From assembly GCA_021802125.1 (NCBI GenBank), contig JAKAAX010000007.1:8983-72982 (forward strand): a DNA stretch of 64,000 nt, written 5' to 3'. The stretch is from Thermoplasmata archaeon. GTDB taxonomy: Archaea; Thermoplasmatota; Thermoplasmata; Lutacidiplasmatales; UBA184. This document shows positions 17,177 through 26,884 of this stretch, piece by piece (position 1 is the stretch's first letter; each line of letters opens with the position of its first letter). The notes under the pieces are model-generated. The model saw only the letters and a list, made by a program, of their open reading frames with translations, was not told the DNA's origin and did no database searches. A program made the position numbers and the translations under genes.

Positions 17177-19417
17177 ATGCCAGGGACCGTGCCGGTAAGG
17201 ATGAGCACCGCCCTCCCGGCGGACATCCGGGAGGAGGTCCGGCTCGTCCTCCCTCGCGTGGAGGGGGGAAGAGGGTTCATCGCCACCCTGCTCGGCGCCG
17301 CCGAATCGGGGAAGAGCCGTCTCGTCGCGGACCTCGCGCGCGACGCGAAGGAACGGGGATGGACCACGCTCCTGGCCACCGCGAACCCGCGTTCGAGCGA
17401 GCTTCCGCGCGGCCTCGTCCTGGACGCGCTGGGCGCGATCCTGCCGGGGGTCGCCTCCGCGAAGGGGCCCTCGACCCCGCACGCCCCTGCGCCCCCCGGG
17501 CTCGGGCTCCCCCTCGCGCTCGCGGCGTTCCTCCCCAACGTCCAGAGCGAAGAGGAGCCGAAGGAGGCCGGCGCGGGCCGGACCTACGCCGCCCCCTGGG
17601 AGCTTCCTTCTTCGCTCTCCCCGAACGAGGCGGACTCCCTGCTCCTCCGTAGGGTCTGGGGAGCCGCGGAGCGGGCTCCCGTCCTGCTGCTGCTGGACGA
17701 CGCCCAGTGGATGGACGAGCTCTCCGTGCGTTTCCTCTCGACGCTCTGCCTGACCCTCCGGGACCACCGGGTGCTGCTGCTCCTCTCGATCGACCCCGAG
17801 GCCGCTCCGCCGCTCGTCCGACGGTTCGCCGTGCAGCAGGAGGGGGGCTTCTCCGATGCGGTCTACCGCGTGGCGGTCGCCTCCGCCCACAAGCCGCGCG
17901 GCCTCCCGCCGCCGGCACCTCCCGCGCCCGAGACCGTCGAGCCGAGCCCGCTCGAGTCACTGCTCTCCCTGGGAGCCGTGATGGGCATCGAGTTCGACGT
18001 CCGGACCCTGGCCGCCACGACCGGTCGGACGGTGGCCGAGGTGCAGGAGCACCTGGACGACGCGGCCCGGCGCGGGTGGCTCTGGAAGAGCGGGGAGGAG
18101 AGCTACCACTTCTCGGGAGAGCGGACCTGGAGGTGGGCGGCCGGGCTCCCCTACGACCCGCTGCCGGCCCGCCACGAACGGATCGCGCGGGCGCTGGAGA
18201 CCCTCCACCCGAACCCGGGTGGCCGGGTGCTCTTCGAACTGGCCCACCACTGGCTCGAGGCGGGCAAGGCCGAACGCGCCTTCCCTTACCTGGTCCGCTC
18301 GGCCGAGGCCGCGTACGGGACGGGGGCCTTCGAGACCGCGCGGGACCGGCTCCAGAGGGCCATGGGAACCCTCGCGTCCCTGCCGCCCGCGGAGCGTGGG
18401 CACGAGGAGGTCCGCGTGCTCGTGGACCTGGCGGAGGTCCGGGACGCCATGGGGGAGGGGACGCAGGCGGCCGCACGTCTCCGCGAGGCCCTCTCGCGGG
18501 CCGAGGCGCTCCACCTGTCCGCGAAGGAGGTGGTGAGGATCGAGGTCCTCCTGGGGGACCTCCAGCGGCGCTGGGGGCGGGGCGACCTGGCCTTCGACAT
18601 CCTGGAGCGGGCCCGGGCCAGGGCCGCGAGCGCGCACGACCCGTCCACCGAGGCCACCGTGCTCTCCCGCATCGCCATGGTCCAGCGACGCCAGGGGCAC
18701 TGGGCCGAGTCACGGGCGAGCGTCGAACGCTCGCTGAAGCTCTTGGCGGAGGGAGGAGGAGGGCCGGAGGAGCGTGCGCTCGTCCACTACGCCGCCGCAG
18801 ACACCTACATCTGGGGAGGAAAGGAGGACGATGCCGCGGCGCGCGAGCACATCCGAGCGACCCGGAAGGCGCTCCAGGAGCTGGGCCAGCTCAGCCGGGA
18901 GGTCCCCCTCACCAACCTCGAGGGGCTGCACGCCTCGCAGCTGGGGGACACCGAGGGGGCGCTCCGACTGTGGCAGGAGGCCGCCGACACCGCGGTCCGT
19001 CTCGGGAACGTGACCGAGGCGGCCAACATGCACGGGAACCTGGCCGAGGTCTACGCGGAACACCAGCGGTTCGAGCAGGCCCGAAGCTCCCTCGCGTTCG
19101 CGGAAGAACTGCTCCAGGGCGCGGACGAACCCCGGGTCCAGGGCCAGATCCATCTGGCGGCGGCGACGCTCGCCTGGAGAACGGGGGACCTGCCGCTAGC
19201 CGAGAAGGAGATCGACCGGGGAATGAAGCTGCTCTCCTCCGACGCCGGGGTCGACCTTCGGCAGCAGGTGGAGTTCCTCCGTGCCCGCATCCGCCTCTCT
19301 CAGGGCCGTAGGGCGGAGGCCCGCCAGCTGGTCCGAGGTCTCGACCCCGTGAGGTACCCTTCTCTCCTTCCCCCCACCCAAAAGGTGGAGTGGGAAACGA
19401 TGCATCGCGACCTCTGA
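17177..19417 (+). CDS. STAND/AAA_16-type NTPase with C-terminal TPR-like helical repeats.
   Basis: Track ORF, 746 aa. It has a Walker A-like LLGAAESGKSRL and a Walker B-like PVLLLLDDAQWMDE. The long C-terminal region is alpha-helical repeat sequence rich in A/E/R/L. I saw no HTH or effector domain. Confidence 0.7.
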   Translation: MPGTVPVRMSTALPADIREEVRLVLPRVEGGRGFIATLLGAAESGKSRLVADLARDAKERGWTTLLATANPRSSELPRGLVLDALGAILPGVASAKGPSTPHAPAPPGLGLPLALAAFLPNVQSEEEPKEAGAGRTYAAPWELPSSLSPNEADSLLLRRVWGAAERAPVLLLLDDAQWMDELSVRFLSTLCLTLRDHRVLLLLSIDPEAAPPLVRRFAVQQEGGFSDAVYRVAVASAHKPRGLPPPAPPAPETVEPSPLESLLSLGAVMGIEFDVRTLAATTGRTVAEVQEHLDDAARRGWLWKSGEESYHFSGERTWRWAAGLPYDPLPARHERIARALETLHPNPGGRVLFELAHHWLEAGKAERAFPYLVRSAEAAYGTGAFETARDRLQRAMGTLASLPPAERGHEEVRVLVDLAEVRDAMGEGTQAAARLREALSRAEALHLSAKEVVRIEVLLGDLQRRWGRGDLAFDILERARARAASAHDPSTEATVLSRIAMVQRRQGHWAESRASVERSLKLLAEGGGGPEERALVHYAAADTYIWGGKEDDAAAREHIRATRKALQELGQLSREVPLTNLEGLHASQLGDTEGALRLWQEAADTAVRLGNVTEAANMHGNLAEVYAEHQRFEQARSSLAFAEELLQGADEPRVQGQIHLAAATLAWRTGDLPLAEKEIDRGMKLLSSDAGVDLRQQVEFLRARIRLSQGRRAEARQLVRGLDPVRYPSLLPPTQKVEWETMHRDL

Positions 19418-19487
19418 CCGGGCCGAGCGTCGGGATCCTCCGACCCGGACCCTCCCTGTTGATAGCCTCCCGGGCCTCTCATCACCG

Positions 19488-20087
19488 ATGGCGAAGCTTG
19501 ACCCTCGCGTGCTCGAAGCGCTCCACCTGGCGGTGGAGGCGCACGGCGCGCAGCTGCGCAAGGACGGAAGGACCCCGTACGTGGTCCATCCTTTCGGCGT
19601 GATGCGGAAGCTCTCCACCCACCTCGGCGTTACCGACCACGAGCTGCTGGAAGCGGCGCTCCTTCACGACGTCCTGGAGGACACCGACGTGCCCCCTGAG
19701 AAGATCCGACGGGAGTTCGGCGAGCGAGTCCTCACGCACGTGCTCGAGCTCACGCTCCCCCCCGACGCTCACGGGCCCTCGGTGTCCACGGAGACGAAGA
19801 CCCGCCACCTGGTGGAAGGCTTGCGACACATCAGCTGGGAGAGCGTACTGATCAAGCTCTGCGACCGCTGGGACAACCTGACGGACGCCCGGGCCGCGCG
19901 TTGGTCCGGCGAGAAGCTCGAGGGCTTCCTCCAACAGACCGAGGAGATGCTCACGGCCGTGAAGGAGCGGCGGGCGCGCGAGCCGGAGCCCGCGTCCCTA
20001 TCCCAACCCCTCGAGCGCGGCCTCGAAGGCCTCCGAAGGGCTCTCGCCGAGGTCCGGGCCCTTACAGGGACCGCGAGCCCGGGGTAG
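19488..20087 (+). CDS. HD-domain protein of the RelA/SpoT hydrolase type (HD_4; small alarmone hydrolase / Mesh1-like).
   Basis: Track ORF, 199 aa. AVEAHGAQLRKDGRTPYVVHPFGV followed by LLHDVLEDT...EKIRREFGERV is the SpoT-type H..HD..ED hydrolase signature. Confidence 0.75.
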   Translation: MAKLDPRVLEALHLAVEAHGAQLRKDGRTPYVVHPFGVMRKLSTHLGVTDHELLEAALLHDVLEDTDVPPEKIRREFGERVLTHVLELTLPPDAHGPSVSTETKTRHLVEGLRHISWESVLIKLCDRWDNLTDARAARWSGEKLEGFLQQTEEMLTAVKERRAREPEPASLSQPLERGLEGLRRALAEVRALTGTASPG

Positions 20088-20093
20088 CGGAGC

Positions 20094-21575
20094 TCAGCCG
20101 CTCGTCCGCCCACGGCCGGCAAGGGCCTCTCGGGTCGAGGCCAGCCCCGGCCCCTCGGAGCTTCGTCCTCCCTGCCCGCCGCGGACCGCGTTCGTCGCGG
20201 CGGCCAGCAGGGTCGCGCCGAGCCCCACCGCGAAGATGAGGTGCAGGGCCGACATGAAGGCCGGGACGTCGAGGGGGGCAGAAGCGTTCCCTCCGGAGAA
20301 GATCGCGACGAGCGTGTCGTGCGGCACGACCCCGGCGAGGATCGTGAAGCCCATCGCGAGGCTCCCCAGGTTCCCGGCCTGGAGAAGCGTCATCCCCATG
20401 CCGCTCGCGACGCCCCGTCGTAAGGCCGGCACGCTCGACATCACCTCCGCCCGGTTCGGAGCGGCGAACATCCCCTGGCCGATGCCCAGGAGGACCATGG
20501 CGCTCGCCACCTGCAGGTACGGGTCGCCCGCTCGGAACTCGAGCAGGAGGAGGAAGCCCAGGGAGCTCACCAGGAGCCCCGCGGTCCCCAGGAAGCGAGC
20601 CCCGGTCTTGTCCGAGATCGTGCCGCTGATCGGACCCACGATGACGAAGGCGAGAGAGAGCGGCAGGAGCAGGATGCCTGCCGTGAGGGGAGAATCGCCC
20701 AGGACCCCCTGGAAGTAGAACACCATGATGAACGAGAAGGCGCCCCTCGCCAGTGCGGAGAAGAACGAGGCCATGTTCCCGAAGGTGAACGTGCGGATCC
20801 GGAAGAGGGCGGTCTGGAACATCGGGCTCTGCACGACCCGTTCGATCCTGGAGAAGAGGAGCAGCCCCGCGATCCCCACCACCAGCAGCAGCACGATCGT
20901 GGGGGAGGTCCACCCGGCGAGACCCCCCAGCGTCACCCCGACGAGGAGAGAGGTGATCCCGATCGCGAAGGTGAGGTTCCCCTTCCAGTCGATGGGCTGG
21001 TGCCGCTCCTCGAGCCGGTCGCGGGGGAGCTGGAAGTAGGCCCAGACCGTGCCGAACGTCCCGATCGGCAGGTTCACCCAGAAGATCGCCCGCCAGCCCA
21101 TCGCCGTGGTCAGGATGCCGCCCAGGACCAGCCCGAGCATCCCCCCGGAGATCGCGGCCACCTGGTTGATCCCCAGGGCCCGCCCGCGCTCCTGCGGAGG
21201 GAACGCGTCGGTCAGGATCGCCGCGGAGTTCGACGAGAGGAACCCGGCGCCCACCCCCTGGACGAGGCGGGCGGAGAGCAGGAACGCCCCGTCCGGCGAC
21301 AGGCTCGCGAGGCCGCTTCCGAGGGTGAAGATCGCGAAGCCCAACGTGTAGAGACGGACGCGCCCGTACATGTCCGAGAGCCGGCCCAGGGAGAGGAGCA
21401 GGGTCGTGGTGACCAGGCTGTAGGTCAGCACCACCCAGAGCAGGACCTCGGGGGACGTGCCGGGGAGCTCGCGCCCGATCGTGGGAAGTGAGATCAGCAC
21501 GATCGAGGAGTCCAGGAGGGCCATGAACGTGCCCACCGTGGTGTTGCTGAGGGCGATCCACTTGCGAGCCACCAT
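20094..21575 (-). CDS. MFS transporter, DHA2 (EmrB/QacA-like) family.
   Basis: Track ORF, 493 aa. Contains KWIALSNTTVGTFMALLDSSIVLISLP, LGRLSDMYGRVRLY and VQGVGAGFL, with many TM segments. Confidence 0.9.
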   Translation of the reverse strand: MVARKWIALSNTTVGTFMALLDSSIVLISLPTIGRELPGTSPEVLLWVVLTYSLVTTTLLLSLGRLSDMYGRVRLYTLGFAIFTLGSGLASLSPDGAFLLSARLVQGVGAGFLSSNSAAILTDAFPPQERGRALGINQVAAISGGMLGLVLGGILTTAMGWRAIFWVNLPIGTFGTVWAYFQLPRDRLEERHQPIDWKGNLTFAIGITSLLVGVTLGGLAGWTSPTIVLLLVVGIAGLLLFSRIERVVQSPMFQTALFRIRTFTFGNMASFFSALARGAFSFIMVFYFQGVLGDSPLTAGILLLPLSLAFVIVGPISGTISDKTGARFLGTAGLLVSSLGFLLLLEFRAGDPYLQVASAMVLLGIGQGMFAAPNRAEVMSSVPALRRGVASGMGMTLLQAGNLGSLAMGFTILAGVVPHDTLVAIFSGGNASAPLDVPAFMSALHLIFAVGLGATLLAAATNAVRGGQGGRSSEGPGLASTREALAGRGRTSG

Positions 21576-21679
21576 GCTTCTGAAAGCCGCGGGAGGGGCC
21601 GGGGCGGCGAGCGGCCACGAACTTCGGGGCTAAGAGGGCCCTGGGCCGGCGGGGAGCGGCGTGCCGCTCCTTCGCCCGT

Positions 21680-22102
21680 CTACGACTCGTCCGACGCGGT
21701 CACCGGGACCCGGGCCGAGGGGGTCCCTTCGGCGGACTCGCGGTCGCGGTCCATGGCCTGGCGGAGCGCCTTTCGCATCAGGCTGATCGTGTTGTTGTAG
21801 TGCGGGACCACGCGCCCTTGGACGCCGCCGCCACGCCAGTTCTGGAGCGCGGCACGGAGCTGGTTGTGCATCGCCGGCTCCGCCCTCTCGGCGGGGCAGT
21901 ACGCGTTGGAGGGGTCGGAGCCTTCCATCGGTTCCGAGCAGACCGCGCAGAGGGAGAGGACGCGGATCGGCTCCCCGACCTCCGTCACCGGGGCGACCGG
22001 CTTCGACCCGTACTGGGCCGCGTACATGTTGCGGAACTTCCGCAACCTCTCGGCCTGCGAGTCGTGGGACTCGGCGGGCTCCTTCTTCTTCCAGAAGGGC
22101 AT
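21680..22102 (-). CDS. Hypothetical protein.
   Basis: Track ORF, 140 aa. Third codon positions are G/C-rich and the composition looks like normal protein. No family recognised. The N-terminus is MPFWKKK. Confidence 0.55.
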   Translation of the reverse strand: MPFWKKKEPAESHDSQAERLRKFRNMYAAQYGSKPVAPVTEVGEPIRVLSLCAVCSEPMEGSDPSNAYCPAERAEPAMHNQLRAALQNWRGGGVQGRVVPHYNNTISLMRKALRQAMDRDRESAEGTPSARVPVTASDES

Positions 22103-22183
22103 GTCGAGTTCCCCCGCCCATTAAGGGTCGTCAGGTCGTATATCAATGGTTCCGCGCGGCGGGGATCTCTGGGAGCGGCCTCT

Positions 22184-23680
22184 TCAGACGCTCCGTTCCA
22201 GCTGGCGTGTCCAGACCTCCCGCGACCGCGCCCGTTCCCGCGCATCCATTCGTGGCCGGAAGAGGCGGGCGCGTCGTGCGTCGGCCTTCGGCAGTTCCGC
22301 CAGGGAACCGAAGAGCCCCACGGAGAGACCGGCCGCGAGCGCGGCCCCGCGAGAGGTCGCCTCCAGCACGGGGGACCGGGCCAGCGGGACGCTGGAGAGG
22401 TCGGCGACCAGCTGCAACAGCAGGTCGGAGCGACCCAGGCCCCCGTCGACCCAGAGCACCCGGGGAGCACCACCGCGGGCCCCGCGATAGGCCTCCAGGA
22501 TGTCCGCGACCCGGTGGGCGACCCCCTCGAGCGCGGCCCGGGCGAGGTCTGCTCGGGTCGTGGCTCGCGTGAGCCCGGTCAGCGCCCCGCGTGCCGAGGG
22601 ACGCCAGTGCGGGGCAAAGAGACCCGCCAGGGCTGGAAGGAAGGTGAGCCCGTGCTCGGGTCGGGCGGTCCGCGCGGACATCTCCAGCGCCTTCACGCTG
22701 GGGAAGAGCCCCAGTCCCGGCGTCCCGAGCCAGTCGAGGAAGGAGCCCGCGGCCCCGACGCCGCCCTCGAGCCCGAGCTTCCGGTCCCCGCGACCGTCCT
22801 CGTAGAGGACCGTCCGGATGAGCCCCTGGGCGCGGCCGGTGCCCGGGGGGGCCCCCTCCGCCAGGAAGAACGCGCCCGTGCCGAAGGTGAGCTTCGCGCT
22901 CCGGGGAGCCGCGCCCGAGATGCCCAGGAGGCTCGCCTGCTGGTCTCCGAGGTCCGCGGCGAGGGGCAGGTCCTCCGCGAGGCCCAGCCCTGGGGCGACC
23001 GCACCGTAGACGGTCCCGAAGGACGGTCGCACCTGCGGGAGCGCCGACGCGTCCACCTGGAAGTGATCGAGCAGGGAGGGCGACCATGCCCGTAGGTCGA
23101 GGTCGTAGAGGAGCGTCCGTGAGGCGTTCGTGGCATCCGTGACCCAGGGCGCGGACCGGCGGGATCCGTCCATCAGGCGGTAGAGGATCCAGGTGTCCAC
23201 GGTCCCCAGGAGCAGCCGCTCGCGCGAGGCCGCCCGTCGGACCGCCGGAAGATGGCGCAGGAGCCAGAGCATCTTCGGCGCACTGGGGTACGTCGTGAGC
23301 GGGAGCCCTCCCTGGTCCCAGACGCGTTCGGCCCAGCCACCTTCACCCAGCGCGCGTGCGAGCTCCTCCGTGCGGGTGTCCTGCCAGACGACGACGGGCG
23401 AGAGAGCTCGGCCCGTCCTCGCATCGACGGCGACCAGGCTCTCCCGCTGGTTCGTGACCCCGAGGGCCCGGACCCCCGGTCGGCGCCGGAGCGTGTCGCG
23501 CAGCGTCTGGACCGAGAGGCGGAACAGTTCCTCCGGGTCCTGTTCGACCCATCCCGGCCTCGGGGTCCGCGTCCGCTGCGTCCGCGAGGAGACCGCGACC
23601 GAGCGACCTTGCTTGTCGAAGACGACGCTGCGCACCGAGGAGGTGCCGACGTCGAGGCCCGCGATGAGGTCCCTCGTCAT
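22184..23680 (-). CDS. FGGY-family carbohydrate kinase (glycerol/xylulose-kinase-like).
   Basis: Track ORF, 498 aa. The N-terminal LIAGLDVGTSSVRSVVFD, GVTNQRESLV and VVWQDTR are FGGY signatures. Confidence 0.85.
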   Translation of the reverse strand: MTRDLIAGLDVGTSSVRSVVFDKQGRSVAVSSRTQRTRTPRPGWVEQDPEELFRLSVQTLRDTLRRRPGVRALGVTNQRESLVAVDARTGRALSPVVVWQDTRTEELARALGEGGWAERVWDQGGLPLTTYPSAPKMLWLLRHLPAVRRAASRERLLLGTVDTWILYRLMDGSRRSAPWVTDATNASRTLLYDLDLRAWSPSLLDHFQVDASALPQVRPSFGTVYGAVAPGLGLAEDLPLAADLGDQQASLLGISGAAPRSAKLTFGTGAFFLAEGAPPGTGRAQGLIRTVLYEDGRGDRKLGLEGGVGAAGSFLDWLGTPGLGLFPSVKALEMSARTARPEHGLTFLPALAGLFAPHWRPSARGALTGLTRATTRADLARAALEGVAHRVADILEAYRGARGGAPRVLWVDGGLGRSDLLLQLVADLSSVPLARSPVLEATSRGAALAAGLSVGLFGSLAELPKADARRARLFRPRMDARERARSREVWTRQLERSV

Positions 23681-23756
23681 GCCTCCCTCCTCCCTCGGAC
23701 CTACGGCGTCGCGGGGAGAGCGGGGTCGGGTCCCAACCGAACGAATCCTCCGTCCA

Positions 23757-24482
23757 TCAGCCCTCCGAGATCGGGGGACCGAGCTTGAGGTACAGTCGCT
23801 TGTTCTTCGCGCCCTTGTTCTCCAGGCTCAGGAGCGAGACCGTCCCCACCTCCTTCGAGGAGCGGACATGGGTGCCCCCGTCGGCCTGGACGTCGAAGCC
23901 CTGGATGTCGATGAGCCGAACCTCCTGCACGTCCGGCAGGAGCTCGCGCGCCACCCGGACGAGCGAGGGGTCCTTCATCGCCTCCTCTCGAGGAAGGAAG
24001 CGGACCGCGATGGGAAGGTCCCTCTCGACCACACGGTTCATCTCGGCGACCACACCGTCCGCGACCTCCCGGTTGAGCTCGGGCAGGGAGAGGTCCATCC
24101 GCGCGCGGTCGGGGTAGATCTGGCCCCCGGTGATCCCGCTGCCGAACCGGTGGAAGACCACGCCGCTCAGGATGTGCAGGCAGGTGTGGTAGCGCATGTG
24201 GGCGTAACGGAGGGGCCAGTCGATGCTCCCGTGCACGAGCGCGCCCTCGGAAAGAGGGGTTCCCTCGACCACGTGGACGATCGCGCCCTCGCGCTTCTCG
24301 ACCCGGTTGACCCGGAGCGTGCTCCCGTCCGGGCCCCGCAGCGTCCCCACGTCCGAGGGCTGGCCCCCTCCGGCGGGATAGAAGACCGTGGAGTCGAGCT
24401 CCACCTCCCCGGGGCGTGAGACGGTGACCTTCGAGTCCGCTTCCCGGGCGTAGGCGTCACGCAGGTACAGCCCCCGGGTCAT
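23757..24482 (-). CDS. alaX: Alanyl-tRNA editing protein AlaX (trans-editing of mischarged tRNA-Ala).
   Basis: Track ORF, 241 aa. It has the zinc motifs HTCLH and DVQADGGTHV, and the overall AlaX-M layout. Confidence 0.85.
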   Translation of the reverse strand: MTRGLYLRDAYAREADSKVTVSRPGEVELDSTVFYPAGGGQPSDVGTLRGPDGSTLRVNRVEKREGAIVHVVEGTPLSEGALVHGSIDWPLRYAHMRYHTCLHILSGVVFHRFGSGITGGQIYPDRARMDLSLPELNREVADGVVAEMNRVVERDLPIAVRFLPREEAMKDPSLVRVARELLPDVQEVRLIDIQGFDVQADGGTHVRSSKEVGTVSLLSLENKGAKNKRLYLKLGPPISEG

Positions 24483-24577
24483 CGGCGCCCCCCAGGTCCC
24501 TTGCCGTGCATAGAGCTAGGGGGGAGGTCATGTTCGCGATTGGAAAGCCTTCTACAGGGCGTCCTCCTCGCCCCCTC

Positions 24578-25288
24578 ATGGCCGAGATCCTCCCAGGGGT
24601 CCACTTGGTGGAAGGCGTCAGCCCGAGCCCGGATTTCACGACGAACATCCTCCTCCTGAAGGACAAGAAGGGGGGCAGCTGGACCCTCCTCGACACGGGA
24701 CTGCCCCCGGGGAAGGCCCCCACCGACGTGGCGGCGCAGATCGAGAGGTACGGGCAGCAGCACGGCATCCCGCTCTCCTCCGTCAAGAACATCGTCATCA
24801 CCCATCTCCACGCGGACCACACCGGGAACCTGAAGGCCCTCCAGGCCAAGACCGGGGCCAAGGTGTTCGCGCACTGGATCGAGGCGGCCTACATCGAGGG
24901 GGACCCTCCCTACAAGGGCCCCGGGATGCCTCCGCCGGACCGGGTGCAGATCACCGAGAAGGTCCGCGACCACACCGAGCTCGACCTGTTCGATGGGCTC
25001 GTCGCGCTCTACACCCCGGGCCACACGCCCGGCCACACCACGTACTACTGCCCCTCCCGGAAGATCCTCTTCGCGGGCGACTCGGTGTTCAACATGGGCG
25101 GAACGTTCGAGGTGAGCGCGAAGGACTACACCTTCTCGCAGTCGATGGCCGTCATCTCCCTGCGCAGGCTCGCCACGCTCGACGTCGAGAGCGTGATCAT
25201 GTACCACGGCGCCCCGGTGCTGAAGGGGGGCGCGGCCCACCTGAAGGCGGCCGCGAAGAAGGGGTACGGGTCCACCCCCGAGAACTAG
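24578..25288 (+). CDS. MBL-fold metallo-hydrolase.
   Basis: Track ORF 24506..25288. I prefer the internal ATG at 24578 (MAEILPGVHLVEG), which leaves a divergent promoter gap to alaX. Motifs are ITHLHADHTGN and YTPGHTPGH. Confidence 0.8.
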   Translation: MAEILPGVHLVEGVSPSPDFTTNILLLKDKKGGSWTLLDTGLPPGKAPTDVAAQIERYGQQHGIPLSSVKNIVITHLHADHTGNLKALQAKTGAKVFAHWIEAAYIEGDPPYKGPGMPPPDRVQITEKVRDHTELDLFDGLVALYTPGHTPGHTTYYCPSRKILFAGDSVFNMGGTFEVSAKDYTFSQSMAVISLRRLATLDVESVIMYHGAPVLKGGAAHLKAAAKKGYGSTPEN

Positions 25289-25309
25289 ACCCGGGCCCTC
25301 CCTCGGGGC

Positions 25310-26884
25310 TCAGGAGAACAGGTCCGGCACCCGCGCGTCGATCTCGACGTTGAGGAGCGTGGGCCCGCTCGCGTCGCGGAGCTCCTCGAGCGCGCCCTCG
25401 AGCTCCCCGGCCCCGCCCACGCTGCGGCCCTTCACCCCGAGAGCGGCCGCGAGCCCCACCACGTCCAGCGCGGGGATCTGCATCGACTCGGCGTCGACGA
25501 GGGGAGGGTGGTAGGCCTTCGAGTAGCTGCGGAGGATCGCGTAACCGTGGTTGTTCAGCACGAGGACCTTCACGGGGATGTTGTAGCGCTTGAGCGTCCA
25601 GAGCGCCTGGGGAGCGTACATGAGCGCTCCGTCCCCGATGACGACGAGGGTCTTCTCGCGGCGTAGTCCGATGCCCAGGGAGGCGGCGAGCCCCCACCCG
25701 AGCTGTCCGCTGCGGTAGCCGAAGTAGCTGTCCTTCCCGTGGTAGAACCCGGTGGCCTTGAGGATCGGGGTGTTGGAGATGGCCTCGTCGACCACGGTGT
25801 AACCCTGGAAGACCTTCCGGACGAGGTCGAGGACGAACTCGCCCCCCATCGTCGTCCGGGCCCGCGCGATCCGGTTCGCCCGGGAGAAGTCCCTCGGGTG
25901 TCGGTACTCGCGGCCCCGGTCCCGCACCCCCTCCGCGAGCCTCTTCAGGAGCTCTCGAGGGTCCCCGACCGCCGCCTGGGGCGACAGCTTCTCGGCGACC
26001 CCGGGGTCGGACCCGACGTAGAGCACGTTCTTACCGGCGAGGATCGCCGCGGGGAAGTACGGGTAGACGATGAGGTCCGCACCGACCAGGAGGACGGTGT
26101 CGTAGGGCGTGAGCATCTGGTTGATCATGACGCTCGCCGGGAGCAGGTCACCGGCGTAGCTCGCGAGACCCGAGGGCACCGGGGACCGGGACGTGAGGGG
26201 CTCGACGAAGACGGGGGCGCCCAGCTTTCGCGAGAGCGCGGCGAGCTCATCGAAGGCCTCGAACGCGTCGACCTCGTACCCGGCGACGATGGCCGGACGC
26301 GCGGCCTTGTCGAGGGCACCCGCGACCGCCTTGACCGCGCTCTCCGGCGTCGGGGGCGCGCGGCCGGGGTCCGGAGCGGGGACGGGCGCGCCGTCCCACG
26401 GCTCCTCCATGAGGTTCATCGGAAGGCTCAGCAGGACCGGTCCCCACGGCGGGGTCGACGCGATCGTCCAGGCCCGGCGGAGGGCCCCCTCGACGTCCCC
26501 GACCTTCGAGATCTCGGTGGCCCATTTGACACGGCCCTGCACCCAGTCGGGGAACGGACCGTAGAGGAGAGGCTTCTGGTCGTAGTGCCGCTGGTCCTGC
26601 TGCCCGACGGTGACGATGACCGGGGAGCGGTTCCGGTAGGCGCTGTCGAGGTACCCCATGGCGTTGCCCAGGCCCGGGGCCGCGTGCAGGTTCACGACGC
26701 TCGGGCGGCGGTCGACCTGGGCGAGGCCGTCCGCGGCCCCCATCGCGATGCCGTCCTGGAGGGTGAGGAGGTAGCGCTGCGGGATGTCCTCGAGGAAGGG
26801 AAGTTCTGTCGTGCCCGGGTTCCCGAACATCTCCTTCGCGCCCCACGCGTAGAGCGCGTCGGCGATGGCCCGGGCGACCTTCAC
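25310..26884 (-). CDS. Thiamine-diphosphate-dependent enzyme (benzoylformate decarboxylase / acetolactate synthase superfamily).
   Basis: This is the lower part of track ORF 25310..28081. GTG start at 26884 (VKVARAIADALYAWG) overlaps the upstream stop in GTGA. The TPP motif is VIGDGALMYAPQALWTLKRYNIPVKVLVLNNHGY. Confidence 0.85.
   Translation of the reverse strand: MKVARAIADALYAWGAKEMFGNPGTTELPFLEDIPQRYLLTLQDGIAMGAADGLAQVDRRPSVVNLHAAPGLGNAMGYLDSAYRNRSPVIVTVGQQDQRHYDQKPLLYGPFPDWVQGRVKWATEISKVGDVEGALRRAWTIASTPPWGPVLLSLPMNLMEEPWDGAPVPAPDPGRAPPTPESAVKAVAGALDKAARPAIVAGYEVDAFEAFDELAALSRKLGAPVFVEPLTSRSPVPSGLASYAGDLLPASVMINQMLTPYDTVLLVGADLIVYPYFPAAILAGKNVLYVGSDPGVAEKLSPQAAVGDPRELLKRLAEGVRDRGREYRHPRDFSRANRIARARTTMGGEFVLDLVRKVFQGYTVVDEAISNTPILKATGFYHGKDSYFGYRSGQLGWGLAASLGIGLRREKTLVVIGDGALMYAPQALWTLKRYNIPVKVLVLNNHGYAILRSYSKAYHPPLVDAESMQIPALDVVGLAAALGVKGRSVGGAGELEGALEELRDASGPTLLNVEIDARVPDLFS

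Noticed and set aside
17277-18713. 478-aa minus-strand ORF, and other shadows opposite the STAND-TPR gene.
   Set aside because: The composition is extreme in Pro, Arg, Gly and Ala with no motifs. The plus-strand protein has P-loop and TPR-like features and high third-position G/C.
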